A DNA stretch of 64,000 bases, from NCBI GenBank assembly GCA_963847445.1, contig CAWJZV010000045.1, positions 168,525 to 232,524 on the forward strand. The letters are read 5' to 3'. The stretch is from an uncultured delta proteobacterium (GTDB lineage Bacteria > Desulfobacterota > Binatia > UBA9968). The first letter of the stretch is position 1; each line of letters starts with the position of its first letter. A model generated the notes under the pieces. The model was not told where the DNA came from and ran no database searches. It was given only the letters and a program-made list of their open reading frames with translations. The position numbers and the translations under genes are program-made. This document shows, piece after piece, positions 28,046-37,930 of the stretch.

Positions 28046-29182
28046 ATGTATCGGAGAGCTGAAACCAAAGCGGCGGAAGAAAAAGTCTACAAACAGCAGC
28101 AGATCGGCGAGTTCATGACCACCTGGAAGGACTTTCCCAGGCCCGGTTTGGCGGCTTGGGCTGAGCGTCAGAAGGCCGGTTTGATGGGCACGGCAAAAAG
28201 CACCCATTACACGCCGAGATTCCGCCCGTTCGATATGCTCAGTATTCCCAATCAGTCGTTGGTGATCCTCGAAAACGAATATCACCGCATCGGTGTCGAG
28301 AGCGTTGTCGGTGTGCAGGACAGCTTCCACCGCTACGTCGACTCGGACATGGTCTATTTCCAGTTTTGCGGCAGCAGCAAAGTGGAAACCGAATTCGGCG
28401 TCTATGAAATGGCGCCCGGCGAAGTGATGCTGGTTCCCGGCGGCATCGCCCATCGCTCCATCGGCGGCAACGACAGCCTGCGCTACTTCTGCCAAAGCCA
28501 CGAGGCGGTGGACTACGCGATGAACGAGGACCAGTACACGAGCCAAACCAGTTTCGAGGTCAAGCGCATCGGCGGCCCCAATTGGACGCCGCCGAAGGGT
28601 GCGAATGCGCCGACCAAAGGGCCGGTCATGGAAAAGATGCATTGCTGGGACGATGGTCCCGACGACCAGACGGTAGTGGAGCGCGATTACGAATCGCTCG
28701 TCGGCATCGCCGGAGTAGGACGAGGCAAGCCGGGAAGTCTGGTCTGCAAGCTGCGCGCCTTCGACCACTTCACGGCGATCGTCGGCAAGGGACGCGAAGA
28801 CGCCGGCACCCAGCCGCTGATGGAATCGGCCAATATGCGGATACGCACCTACAACATGCAGGACGAGCAGTTCGCCTTTCACCGGGCGCTGCGCAGCGAG
28901 GAAGTGCGAATTCAGTTTCGCGGCGACGCGCTGGATCTGTCCGAATTCGAAAACGTCGAAGTCTCGCCCGGCGAGATCACCATCATTCCGCTGGGCATTT
29001 CCCACAGCGTGATCAGCATCCCGCCGGAAGATGAGAATTTCCTACGGCTCAACTTCTACAGCAAGGTCCGCTGGCGCGTGCCGATCGATCCGACCAAGCA
29101 CTATTTCGACAGCAAGTTCGAGATTACGACGACGGTGCACAAGCAGGCCGAGTGGAGAGAGAAACTTGCGGCGGCGCGGTGA
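28046..29182 (+). CDS. Bicupin protein, homogentisate-1,2-dioxygenase-like fold
   Basis: Two cupin motifs: FHRYVDSD...PGEVMLVPGGIAH and FHRALRSEE...PGEITIIPLGISH. Confidence 0.65.
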   Translation: MYRRAETKAAEEKVYKQQQIGEFMTTWKDFPRPGLAAWAERQKAGLMGTAKSTHYTPRFRPFDMLSIPNQSLVILENEYHRIGVESVVGVQDSFHRYVDSDMVYFQFCGSSKVETEFGVYEMAPGEVMLVPGGIAHRSIGGNDSLRYFCQSHEAVDYAMNEDQYTSQTSFEVKRIGGPNWTPPKGANAPTKGPVMEKMHCWDDGPDDQTVVERDYESLVGIAGVGRGKPGSLVCKLRAFDHFTAIVGKGREDAGTQPLMESANMRIRTYNMQDEQFAFHRALRSEEVRIQFRGDALDLSEFENVEVSPGEITIIPLGISHSVISIPPEDENFLRLNFYSKVRWRVPIDPTKHYFDSKFEITTTVHKQAEWREKLAAAR

Positions 29183-29264
29183 AAGAGATGAAGTCAAAGT
29201 CTGACCAGGTTTGTCACCCCGAACAGGTCAGCGATACGACTCGCGTCAGAATGGGTTATTTGTG

Positions 29265-30173
29265 ATGTCAGACCCGATCAGCTTATCTTATCAATGGGAT
29301 TTGCGCCCACAGATTCCGCTCCGCCCGGAGTGGTTCCGTGCCTGGCCGAACGGCGCGACGATGGCGGTGCAGATTCTCATTCTCAACGAGTGGGAGTCCG
29401 TGCCGCGCCACCGCAAACGTCCGATGGCGGTTGATCTGCAAAACCGCCACGATCATCAAAACAAGTTCGATTTTCTTGCGCTCGGCGTGCGTGAATATGG
29501 CGCGCGCCACGGCATCTGGCGGCTGCTCGATGTACTGGACAAGCACGGGGTCAAGGCGACAATCCCAACGAACGGCTTGACCGCGGAACTCTTCCCGGCG
29601 ACCGTTCGCGCGAGCCGCGATCGCGGGCACGAGGTTGCCGCGCATCAATGGGACATGGCCGTATTTCCGCCGATGTTCACGTCGCGCGAAGAAGAACAAT
29701 CATCTCTCGCCAGAACCGTCGCGGCGATCGAAAACGTCATCGGCAGCAAGGTCCGCGGTTACCTGTCACCCGGTCCGCGTCCGACGCGCTTCACACTCGA
29801 TCTGCTGATGGAAAGCGGCTTTCTGTGGACGAGTGACTATGTCGATTCCGACTTTCCTTATGTTATTTCCCGCAATGACAAGCGAATCGTCGCGATCAGC
29901 TATGCCACGCCCGGCTACACCGATGGCGACCTCTCATCGCGCGGTATTATCCAGGGACTGGCGGAGATCAAATATGCTTTTGACGCGACATTCGAAGAGT
30001 CTAAACGTCATCCGATGAAATTCTGTTACGCCATCCATCCGCATGTGAGTGGCACGGTCGGCATGTCACGTCTCCTCGACGATTTTCTTGCCCATGTGCG
30101 CAGTCGCGGCGAAATCTGGTTTCCGACTTGCGGCGAGATCGCCGAGTTTTGGTCGGCCGGCGTGGACCAGTAG
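29265..30173 (+). CDS. Polysaccharide deacetylase / PuuE allantoinase-like hydrolase
   Basis: WPNGA, EYGARHGIWRLL, GHEVAAH, IHPHVSG. Confidence 0.85.
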   Translation: MSDPISLSYQWDLRPQIPLRPEWFRAWPNGATMAVQILILNEWESVPRHRKRPMAVDLQNRHDHQNKFDFLALGVREYGARHGIWRLLDVLDKHGVKATIPTNGLTAELFPATVRASRDRGHEVAAHQWDMAVFPPMFTSREEEQSSLARTVAAIENVIGSKVRGYLSPGPRPTRFTLDLLMESGFLWTSDYVDSDFPYVISRNDKRIVAISYATPGYTDGDLSSRGIIQGLAEIKYAFDATFEESKRHPMKFCYAIHPHVSGTVGMSRLLDDFLAHVRSRGEIWFPTCGEIAEFWSAGVDQ

Positions 30174-30201
30174 TCATGGGCACGATTCCAAAGATTTCTC
30201 C

Positions 30202-31413
30202 ATGACGATTTCCTTCCGGCCGCGCTGGTATTTTTTCGTCGCGCTGGTCTCCATCACCTTCATCGGGCCGCTCTCGCTCCATCTCTTCATACCCGCCATG
30301 CCGGCGGTGAAGGAAGCCTTCGGAGTCTCGACCGGCATGGCGCAGCTCACGATGTCGCTGGCGATGTTCTCCATGGCCTTTTTCACGGTTGCCTACGGCG
30401 GCTTGTCCGACCGCTTCGGGCGCAAGCGCGTGCTCCTGGGCGGGCTGGTGTTGTTTACCTGCGGCGCCGCCAGCTGCATGGCCGCCGCCAACATGCCGAT
30501 GCTGCTGGCGGGGCGCATACTGCAGGGAGCGGGGGCGGGCTGCGGCGTCGTGCTGGCACGCGCCATCGCCCGCGATGTCTACGGCCAGGACCGCGTTGCC
30601 CAGGTGATCGCCTATCTCACCGCCGCCTACGTGCTCGGGCCGATGTTTGCGCCGCCGATCGGCGGCCACTTGACTGTGCTGTTCGGCTGGCGCGCGCTGT
30701 TCGTGTTAGCGTCGGTTGTCGGTCTGGTGGTGATCCTCGCGGTGGCTTTCGCGGTGCCGGAAACCCGCACGCGCAGCGCCGGCGCGCCGCGCGGCGTATT
30801 CGCCGGCTATAAATCGCTTTTACGTCGCCCGCGCTTCGTCGGTTTCATGCTCCAGCCGGGAATGATGTCGGCCGCCTTCTTCACCCAGGCGACCGCGGCA
30901 TCATTTCTCGCCACCGAACATCTCGGCGCCGATGCCGCCAAGATCGGCCTGTGGTTCTTCGCCTTCCCGATCGGCTTCATGGCCGGGAGTTTCATCTCGG
31001 GCCGCGTCGGAGCCAGGCGTTCAATCGAATTCATGACCATCCTGGGCGGTGTGATAGGCGTCGCCAACGGCGCGCTGCTCATTGGCTGGCTTTATTTCGG
31101 CGGCATTTCCATGGCCGCGCTCTACATTCCGGGAATGTTCGTCAGCCTCGCCCAGGGCCTGTCCATGCCCTACGCTCAAGCCGGCGCAATGGCGGTCGAC
31201 ACCGAGCTTGCCGGTTCGGCGTCGGGCGCGGTGGTGTTCTCGCAGCTTTTCTGGCCGGCCGCGCTGCAGCAGCTTACCGGGTTGCTCGCGGACGGGACCT
31301 GGGTGCCGATGGCGACGGTGCACTTTGCCGCAGTGATCGTGGCGCTACTCGCCGGCTGGCTGGCGGCGCGGGCGGAGGGTGAGCGTTTTAATTCAGATAT
31401 GATCTCTTGTTAG
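30202..31413 (+). CDS. Bcr/CflA family multidrug MFS transporter
   Basis: LSDRFGRKRVL, GRILQGAG, ARAIARD, GPMFAPPIGG, VPET. Confidence 0.92.
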   Translation: MTISFRPRWYFFVALVSITFIGPLSLHLFIPAMPAVKEAFGVSTGMAQLTMSLAMFSMAFFTVAYGGLSDRFGRKRVLLGGLVLFTCGAASCMAAANMPMLLAGRILQGAGAGCGVVLARAIARDVYGQDRVAQVIAYLTAAYVLGPMFAPPIGGHLTVLFGWRALFVLASVVGLVVILAVAFAVPETRTRSAGAPRGVFAGYKSLLRRPRFVGFMLQPGMMSAAFFTQATAASFLATEHLGADAAKIGLWFFAFPIGFMAGSFISGRVGARRSIEFMTILGGVIGVANGALLIGWLYFGGISMAALYIPGMFVSLAQGLSMPYAQAGAMAVDTELAGSASGAVVFSQLFWPAALQQLTGLLADGTWVPMATVHFAAVIVALLAGWLAARAEGERFNSDMISC

Positions 31414-31500
31414 CGTCATGCCTTCCGCCCGGCTCTGTGGGTAATCCCAAATGATTCGCTCCGAACTAAAATGATCAGACCGTGCTCCGACGTTGGCTCA
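31272..31500 (+). repeat. Anchor repeat copy 1 (native Bcr-MFS 3' end plus downstream sequence)
   Basis: CTTACCGGGTTGCTCGCGGACGGGACCTGGGTGCCGATGGCGACGGTGCACTTTGCCGCAGTG...GATCTCTTGTTAGCGTCATGCC...GGCTCTGTGGGTAATCCCAAATGATT matches copies at 58586, 61762 and 62955. Confidence 0.85.
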
Positions 31501-31793
31501 TTCGAAACTTCACAGCAGCTTCGATCAAGTCCTGTACTTCGACATTACGGATCTGTCGGCCTCATCACGTGTTCAGCGCCGGCGAGGCGCTGGCGGAGCA
31601 AGCAATTAGCCGCGAACCCGTAATTGGCAAGGCCTTACTCAAAAGCCGGTAGACTACATTAAGGTTTTTAGATAGACAAATAGCCTGCAATGAGTTGTCA
31701 CTGAATTTTAAGCATCCTAATAACGGAACAAAACCGAAGTTCGGCGATACACGGTTAGTTGTGTTTTGCGCTTGATTGTCGGAGTAACTAAGA

Positions 31794-32768
31794 ATGCTTA
31801 TTCGAAATTTTGTACAGTGGGTCGTTTTTCTAACCGTCGTTGTCGGTTTGCTGCCCGCTCAAAGCGGTGCTCAGGTCGACTTTCCAATTGGCTACGTTTC
31901 ACGTGGAGGCACCTATGCGTTCATTAGCTTGATTGAACAGCATAAACTGCTCGAGCAGGAAGGCATTCGCCCGACGTTTGTCTACATAGGAGGGCCGCAA
32001 GTCTCGCAGGCGCTGATCTCGGGCGACATCAAGATGGCCATCGTCGCCGCGGCAAGCCCAATTCGTGCTGCAGCGCACGGCGCCGATCTCAGATTCGTTG
32101 GCGGGATTACCGACAAAGAAGTAGCCTCCTTTGTCTCTGCAGCGAATATCAAAACCCCCGCGGAGTTAAAAGGAACGCGTTTAGCTATCGATCGGCTCGG
32201 TGACTATAGCGACTTCCGCGCTAGGAAAGTGCTCGAAATGTTCGGATTGCAGGCTCAAAAAGATGTCACGTTGCTGCAAATCGGCTCCCAGACGGCGCGC
32301 TTCGCTGCCCTGAGGAACAACCAGGTGCAATCGACTTTTGTTGTTCCACCGCTGACACTGGTTGCAAGGAAGGCCGGTTTGCGCGAGCTAGCCGACCTCG
32401 GTGAACTTGGCTTTCCGTCATCGTCAGGAGCTTTCGTCGTAATGCAGTCGACTGTCGAGAGAAATCCCAAAGAAATTTATGGAGTGCTTCGCGCAGTTGC
32501 CAAGGCAATACGCATTTACAAGACCGACAAGGAACAAGCGTTGGGCGCTATCGCTCGCTTCATGAGGCTAAATGATAGCGAAGCCCTGGAAGAAACCCGG
32601 CGTATGAACGTGAACGTGCTCAAAGACATTCCTTCGCCGCCGGTAGCCGGTATAAGAGTCGTACGAGACTTTCTTGCCCAGACCGACCCTGAGGTCAAAA
32701 GCATGAATCTCGAGGCTTTCATCACCACCCAGTTCTCCGATCGCCTGCAAAAAGAGGGGCTCAAGTGA
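31794..32768 (+). CDS. NMT1/SsuA-type ABC substrate-binding protein
   Basis: Signal peptide, QALISGDI, IKTPAELKG, DVTLLQIG..RFAAL. Confidence 0.85.
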   Translation: MLIRNFVQWVVFLTVVVGLLPAQSGAQVDFPIGYVSRGGTYAFISLIEQHKLLEQEGIRPTFVYIGGPQVSQALISGDIKMAIVAAASPIRAAAHGADLRFVGGITDKEVASFVSAANIKTPAELKGTRLAIDRLGDYSDFRARKVLEMFGLQAQKDVTLLQIGSQTARFAALRNNQVQSTFVVPPLTLVARKAGLRELADLGELGFPSSSGAFVVMQSTVERNPKEIYGVLRAVAKAIRIYKTDKEQALGAIARFMRLNDSEALEETRRMNVNVLKDIPSPPVAGIRVVRDFLAQTDPEVKSMNLEAFITTQFSDRLQKEGLK

Positions 32769-32957
32769 AATTTCTGCGTGGCCGAAGTTTAAGCCGGACC
32801 GCCGATGGCCAGAATTACCGCTGTCGCGAGCGGACAAGCGAACGCAACGATCGTGCTGCCGGGGCAAAATAGCCGCGCTCAATGAATGGTTGGCAGCGGA
32901 GTGTGTAACGGATACTGTCTCAGCCTTGAGATCTCAATCTTGTGAGGAGAAGTTTTT

Positions 32958-33803
32958 ATGATGGCGTACCCCTATGATAATTCCAGTTTGATCTTAGCTC
33001 TGCAAATCGATCATTCGCGCGTGGCAGGTTACTTTGCCGCACACTGGGGGAATAAGGACTTTGATCGACCAACCCCTTACGCTTCGGTGGTCTTAGCTGC
33101 GGGTGAACACGACATCGGCTGGTGGGAGTGGGAGATGTGCCCGTCGACGCTGAACGAGAAGGGGTATCCGTTAGATTATCACGACGGCAGTTTAAAATAT
33201 TTGGGCCAATTGCGCCTCGATTTTTACAAAAACTCGGTGGACCGTGTAATGACTCGAGATCGGTATGCGGCCATGTTGATGGCGATGCACGGCGTGGCGT
33301 TGATGAACGCCGGCTACGGCAAATACGCCTATCCGCCGGACCGCACTTCGGACCCGCGCGTCAAAGCCTACGTCGATCATCAAGAAGCTCTCCGCTTGAA
33401 GCTGCTCGCGGAGCTGCGCCAGTCCGAGGAGTGCAAACAGCATTGTTCCGATGAGCAGATCTGGACCAACTATGAATATATGGAGGTCTTCGACCAGCTG
33501 GCCCAGTACGTTTGCAATCGCTATCCGTTGAACAGCAAGGCGCGCAAGCTCGGCCCAAGCGATAGTTTGAATGACGTCGATATTCCGACCAAACATGGCC
33601 AGCCGGCGGTAAAAATAAAGATCGATACGATCGCCGCGAACAAGGCGATCCTGCGCCCCTATCCGTTCGACATCGACCCACTGCCAGTTTCCTTCAGCGC
33701 GCGGCTGGTGCCGAACCGAGCCTATAAAGACGGCGAAGAGTTTCTCGGCGAGTTCTACCGCGCCGAGCGGATCACGGTAACGCATACGATCGCCTCCGCT
33801 TAG
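32958..33803 (+). CDS. DUF3891-like protein (paralog 1)
   Basis: QIDHSRVAGYFAAHWGN, EHDIGWWEWE, AMH, PYPF motifs recalled from DUF3891. Confidence 0.75.
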   Translation: MMAYPYDNSSLILALQIDHSRVAGYFAAHWGNKDFDRPTPYASVVLAAGEHDIGWWEWEMCPSTLNEKGYPLDYHDGSLKYLGQLRLDFYKNSVDRVMTRDRYAAMLMAMHGVALMNAGYGKYAYPPDRTSDPRVKAYVDHQEALRLKLLAELRQSEECKQHCSDEQIWTNYEYMEVFDQLAQYVCNRYPLNSKARKLGPSDSLNDVDIPTKHGQPAVKIKIDTIAANKAILRPYPFDIDPLPVSFSARLVPNRAYKDGEEFLGEFYRAERITVTHTIASA

Positions 33804-33991
33804 ATGGCGCAGAAACGGCGCCCGCGGGCCGTTGGTGACGAATGAATTGTTCGCACCGCCTGGTGGCCGAGCGAAACCGCGGCGTCGTAATGTAAAATGC
33901 CGGACGATTGCTTGACAGTTGAAAGCGCGGATTGATACGAGCAGGAAATGCGGCGTTTTTACGCTAGCGAATAGAAATCGAAAACATACTG

Positions 33992-34876
33992 ATGAAACCG
34001 GCAAATTTCGAATATCACGATCCGGCAACCATCGCCGAAGCGCTCGATCTCATGGCGCGCTTCGGCGATCAAGCCCGGCCATTGGCTGGCGGCCAGAGCT
34101 TGGTGCCGCTGATGAATTTTCGCCTGCTCCGGCCGGCCCATGTGATCGATCTCAATGGGGTTGGCGGTCTCGATTATTTGACAGTAGTCGACAGCGCGCT
34201 GCATATTGGCGCGATCACGCGGCAACGACAGCTTGAGAAATCAGACCTAGTCGCCCAGCACTGGCCGCTTTTGCGCGAGGCCACGGCTTTCATCGGCCAT
34301 ATTCAGATACGTAACCGCGGCACCGTCGGCGGCAGCCTGGCGCACGCCTTCCCGTCGGCGGAATTGCCGGTCGTCATGGTCACCCTGGGTGCGTCACTGA
34401 TCCTGCGTAACCAAACCGGTCAACGGACCGTCGCTGCCGAAGATTTTTTTGTTTCCTTCATGACCACCGCGCTCGAGCCGGCAGAACTGCTGACCGAGAT
34501 TCAAATTCCCGCCCCGCCAGTTCAATGCGGTTGGTCTTATCAAGAGGTGAGCCGGCGTCATGGCGACTTCGCCCTGGCGGGTGCCGCAGCGGTCATCGCT
34601 TTGGACACCAACGGGAAAATTACTCATGGCAGGCTGACACTCACGGGAACTACGCCTATTCGAGCCCGAAGTGTCGAAGAAGCGCTGCTCGGCGAGAAAC
34701 CGTCCGAGGCGCTTTTCCAGGCTGCTGCTCAGCGCGCCAGCGAAACGCTCGAACAGGAATCGGACATTCACGCCAGCGCGGAATACCGTCGCAGTGCTTG
34801 CACCGTGTTGGCGCGGCGAGCCCTCGTCCAGGCAGCCGAACGATCAGCAACATTGGTAAAAGGAACAGCGCGATGA
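33992..34876 (+). CDS. Xanthine dehydrogenase family FAD subunit (CoxM-like)
   Basis: MKPANFEYH, AGGQSL, QIRNRGTVGGSLAHA, RRHGDFA, DIHASAEYR. Confidence 0.93.
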   Translation: MKPANFEYHDPATIAEALDLMARFGDQARPLAGGQSLVPLMNFRLLRPAHVIDLNGVGGLDYLTVVDSALHIGAITRQRQLEKSDLVAQHWPLLREATAFIGHIQIRNRGTVGGSLAHAFPSAELPVVMVTLGASLILRNQTGQRTVAAEDFFVSFMTTALEPAELLTEIQIPAPPVQCGWSYQEVSRRHGDFALAGAAAVIALDTNGKITHGRLTLTGTTPIRARSVEEALLGEKPSEALFQAAAQRASETLEQESDIHASAEYRRSACTVLARRALVQAAERSATLVKGTAR

Positions 34877-35358
34877 GCAGCCGGCCAGTGCGCTTGACGA
34901 TCAATGGCCGCGAATACAGCGGCGACGTGGAGCCGCGCAAACTCCTGACGGATTTCTTGCGCGACGATCTCGGTCTCACCGGCACCCATGTCGGCTGTGA
35001 GCATGGCGTGTGCGGCGCGTGCACGATCTTGTTGAATGGCGAACCGGTGCGCTCCTGTTTGCTGTTCGCGGTGCAGGCCAATGGGACGGCAATAAAGACT
35101 ATCGAAGGGCTCGCGCCCAACCCCGACGAACTCCACCCGCTGCAAGAAAAATTCTGGGAACTGCATGGTTTGCAATGCGGCTTCTGCACGCCGGGAATCC
35201 TACTTACCGCCGAAGCTCTGTTAAAAGAGATACCGAACCCGAGCGAGGAAGAAGTGCGCGAATGGATCAGCGGAAATCTTTGCCGTTGCACCGGCTATCA
35301 AAACATCGTGACGGCGATATTGGCGACAGCCAAGCTAAAGAATAGCCCACAGTCCTGA
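34873..35358 (+). CDS. 2Fe-2S subunit (CoxS-like)
   Basis: GCEHGVCGAC, QCGFCTPG, GNLCRCTGY. Confidence 0.95.
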   Translation: MSSRPVRLTINGREYSGDVEPRKLLTDFLRDDLGLTGTHVGCEHGVCGACTILLNGEPVRSCLLFAVQANGTAIKTIEGLAPNPDELHPLQEKFWELHGLQCGFCTPGILLTAEALLKEIPNPSEEEVREWISGNLCRCTGYQNIVTAILATAKLKNSPQS

Positions 35359-35454
35359 ATATGGCTGAGAGTGCCCGTAACAAAAACCCTGGCGCAGCAT
35401 GATTTAGCAACAGAAAACCCAAAACTCTCGACTCTAAACCCGAAACTAATATTT

Positions 35455-37761
35455 ATGGCGTACATCGGTTCAAGAATTAGACGCAAAGAAGATTTGCGGC
35501 TTTTGCGCGGTATCGGCAAATACGTCGGCGACATCCACCGTCCCGGCATGGTGCACGCGGCGATTCTGCGCAGCACCCACGCCCACGCGCACCTGCTGAA
35601 GATCGAAGCTAGCGCGGCGCTCAAATTACCGGGCGTCATCGGCGTGCTCACCGCCGCCGACATGCCGGGAGTGAAGACCATCCCGATGCGCACCGGTGTT
35701 ATTCCCGGACTGGAGCGTTCGCAGCAGACACCCATAGCAACGACAAAAGTGCGTTACGTCGGCGACCCGATCGCCGTGGTGGTGGCCGAGAGCCGTTACC
35801 TCGCCGAAGACGCGCTCGAATTGATCGATGTCGAATACCATCCGCTGGGCGCGGTCACCGACGCGCGCGCGAGCATGCAACCCGGCGCGCCCCAACTGCA
35901 CGACGCGACACTGAATAACATTGCCGCCAACTTTCAAGTCAACGTCGGCGAAGTCGACGCGGCATTCGCGGCATGCGATCTGATCTTCGAAGAAAACTTT
36001 TCGACGCAGCGCCACTCCGCCGTGCCGCTGGAGAATCGCGGCCTGGTCGCCGAGTGGGACGAAGGCCGCGGGTTTCTAACCATGTGGGGACCGACCAAGA
36101 TGACCCACACCAATTGGCGCATTCTCTCGGATCTGATCGGCCTGCCGCAAAGCTGCATCCACTTCATCGAGCCTGAAGTGGGCGGCGGCTTCGGCGCGCG
36201 CGGTGAGTTTTATCCGGAGGACTTTTTGATCCCTTTCGCGGCGAGGCATTTTCGCAAACCGATCTGTTGGATCGAAGATCGGTCGGAAAATCTCAAGGCG
36301 ATGAATCAATCGCGCCAGCAAAACCACCGCGTCAGGATCGGCGTTAAAAGCGACGGCACGATTCTAGCGATGGATGCCGAGATTCTCTTCGACATGGGCG
36401 GCTATACTCGCACCCACGGCGGTGTGCCGGCGATCGCAGCCTCCGCCATGCTGCGCGGTCCGTTCCGGATCAAGAACTACCGCGCCAACGTCTTCTGCGT
36501 GCTCACCAACAAAACTCCGGTCGGCACCTACCGCAGCCCGGGACGCTACGAAGCGAATTTCGTGCGCGAGCGGCTGGCCGACATGATCGCTCATCGTTTG
36601 CGGCTAGATCCGGCGGACGTACGGCGGCGCAATTTGATTCGGCACGAAGAAATGCCCTATGACCTTGGCAAACATCCTTTTCATTACATGGTTTATGATA
36701 CCGGCGATTTTCTCGGCCAGATGAATCGAGCGCTGGAGCAGTTCGGCTATGACGACTGGCAAAAGAAAATTGCCGCGGCAAAGAGCGAAGGCCGCGCCAT
36801 CGGCGTCGGCATCGGCTGCTTCGTCGAAACCAGCGGCATCGGTCCCTGGGAATACGCCCGGATCGAGATCGATAATGGCGGCAAGGTGGTTCTCTACTCC
36901 GGCTGCAACTCTGTCGGCCAGGGCATTGCAACCGCGCTGAGCCAAATCGTCGCCGACGAGCTGCAATGTTCGATCGACGACGTAACCGTGGTGCACGGCG
37001 ACACCGCCAAAGTTCCCTACGGCAACGGCAGCAACGCCAGCCGCTCTACGGTGATGGCCGGCAGCGCCGCCGTCGGCGCGTCGCGCAAAGTCAAAGACAA
37101 ACTCCTGCGCCTGGCCTCGGCCAATCTGGAAATCGACGCGGCGGATTTGATTTTACGCGACGGTAAGATCGTCGCCAAAGGCGCGCCCGAGCGCTCGTTG
37201 ACCTTCACCGAGCTCGCGCGGCTTGCGCTCCCCGGTCCGGCACTAAAGGCGGGCATCACGCCGGGCATTTCGGAAGAAGACTTTTTTGCCACCGATAAAC
37301 GCCCATTTCCCTACGGTGTCCATGTCGCCGCAGTGGAAGTCGATAAGGAGACTGGCAAGATCAAAATTCTCGACTACCTGGTCACCGAAGATGTCGGCCG
37401 CAAAATCAATCCGATGATCATCGAAGGCCAGATGGCCGGCGGCTTGGCCCAGGGCATCGGCGGCGCGATATTGGAGGAATTCGTCTACAGCGAAGACGGC
37501 CAGCCGCTGTCGACCAATTTCATGGATTATTTGCTGCCGACGGCGATGGAAATGCCCAAGGCGCAGTTCATTTCGACGGAAGACTTCCCATCGCCGCACA
37601 ATCCCTTGGGCGTCAAAGGGGCCGGGGAGGGCGGGATTACCGCTGCCGGAGCGGCTCTAGCCAACGCGGTGTCGAACGCGTTGGCTGTTGAAGTAACCAA
37701 GTTGCCCTTGAAGCCGGATTATGTTTTGGAGCTGGTGCGGAAAAGCCGAGAAGCGACTTAA
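35455..37761 (+). CDS. Xanthine dehydrogenase family molybdopterin subunit (CoxL-like, not form I CODH)
   Basis: VGGGFG, active-site loop TYRSPGR, GQG, SRS, GVKGAGEG. Confidence 0.92.
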   Translation: MAYIGSRIRRKEDLRLLRGIGKYVGDIHRPGMVHAAILRSTHAHAHLLKIEASAALKLPGVIGVLTAADMPGVKTIPMRTGVIPGLERSQQTPIATTKVRYVGDPIAVVVAESRYLAEDALELIDVEYHPLGAVTDARASMQPGAPQLHDATLNNIAANFQVNVGEVDAAFAACDLIFEENFSTQRHSAVPLENRGLVAEWDEGRGFLTMWGPTKMTHTNWRILSDLIGLPQSCIHFIEPEVGGGFGARGEFYPEDFLIPFAARHFRKPICWIEDRSENLKAMNQSRQQNHRVRIGVKSDGTILAMDAEILFDMGGYTRTHGGVPAIAASAMLRGPFRIKNYRANVFCVLTNKTPVGTYRSPGRYEANFVRERLADMIAHRLRLDPADVRRRNLIRHEEMPYDLGKHPFHYMVYDTGDFLGQMNRALEQFGYDDWQKKIAAAKSEGRAIGVGIGCFVETSGIGPWEYARIEIDNGGKVVLYSGCNSVGQGIATALSQIVADELQCSIDDVTVVHGDTAKVPYGNGSNASRSTVMAGSAAVGASRKVKDKLLRLASANLEIDAADLILRDGKIVAKGAPERSLTFTELARLALPGPALKAGITPGISEEDFFATDKRPFPYGVHVAAVEVDKETGKIKILDYLVTEDVGRKINPMIIEGQMAGGLAQGIGGAILEEFVYSEDGQPLSTNFMDYLLPTAMEMPKAQFISTEDFPSPHNPLGVKGAGEGGITAAGAALANAVSNALAVEVTKLPLKPDYVLELVRKSREAT

Positions 37762-37870
37762 CGGTGATGCTACAGATTAGTTTCGCATTGTCCGCATCTC
37801 CGAGTCCTATCCTCTCCCCCTCGACGGGGAAGCAACGAATCGCATCGGGGGCGCACAGTCCGACTGACGA

Positions 37871-37920
37871 TTTGAACGGCTTGAACGGAGCGCAGCGGTT
37901 GAACGATTTGAACGCGTTCA
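37871..37920. repeat. Short tandem TTGAAC(G) repeat
   Basis: TTTGAACGGCTTGAACGGAGCGCAGCGGTTGAACGATTTGAAC; near-identical at 53726. Confidence 0.8.
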
Positions 37921-37930
37921 GGAGTCTGAG

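Noticed and set aside
33992-37761. Aerobic CO dehydrogenase (form I)
   Set aside because: Lacks the AYXCSFR motif and the coxDEFG accessory genes.
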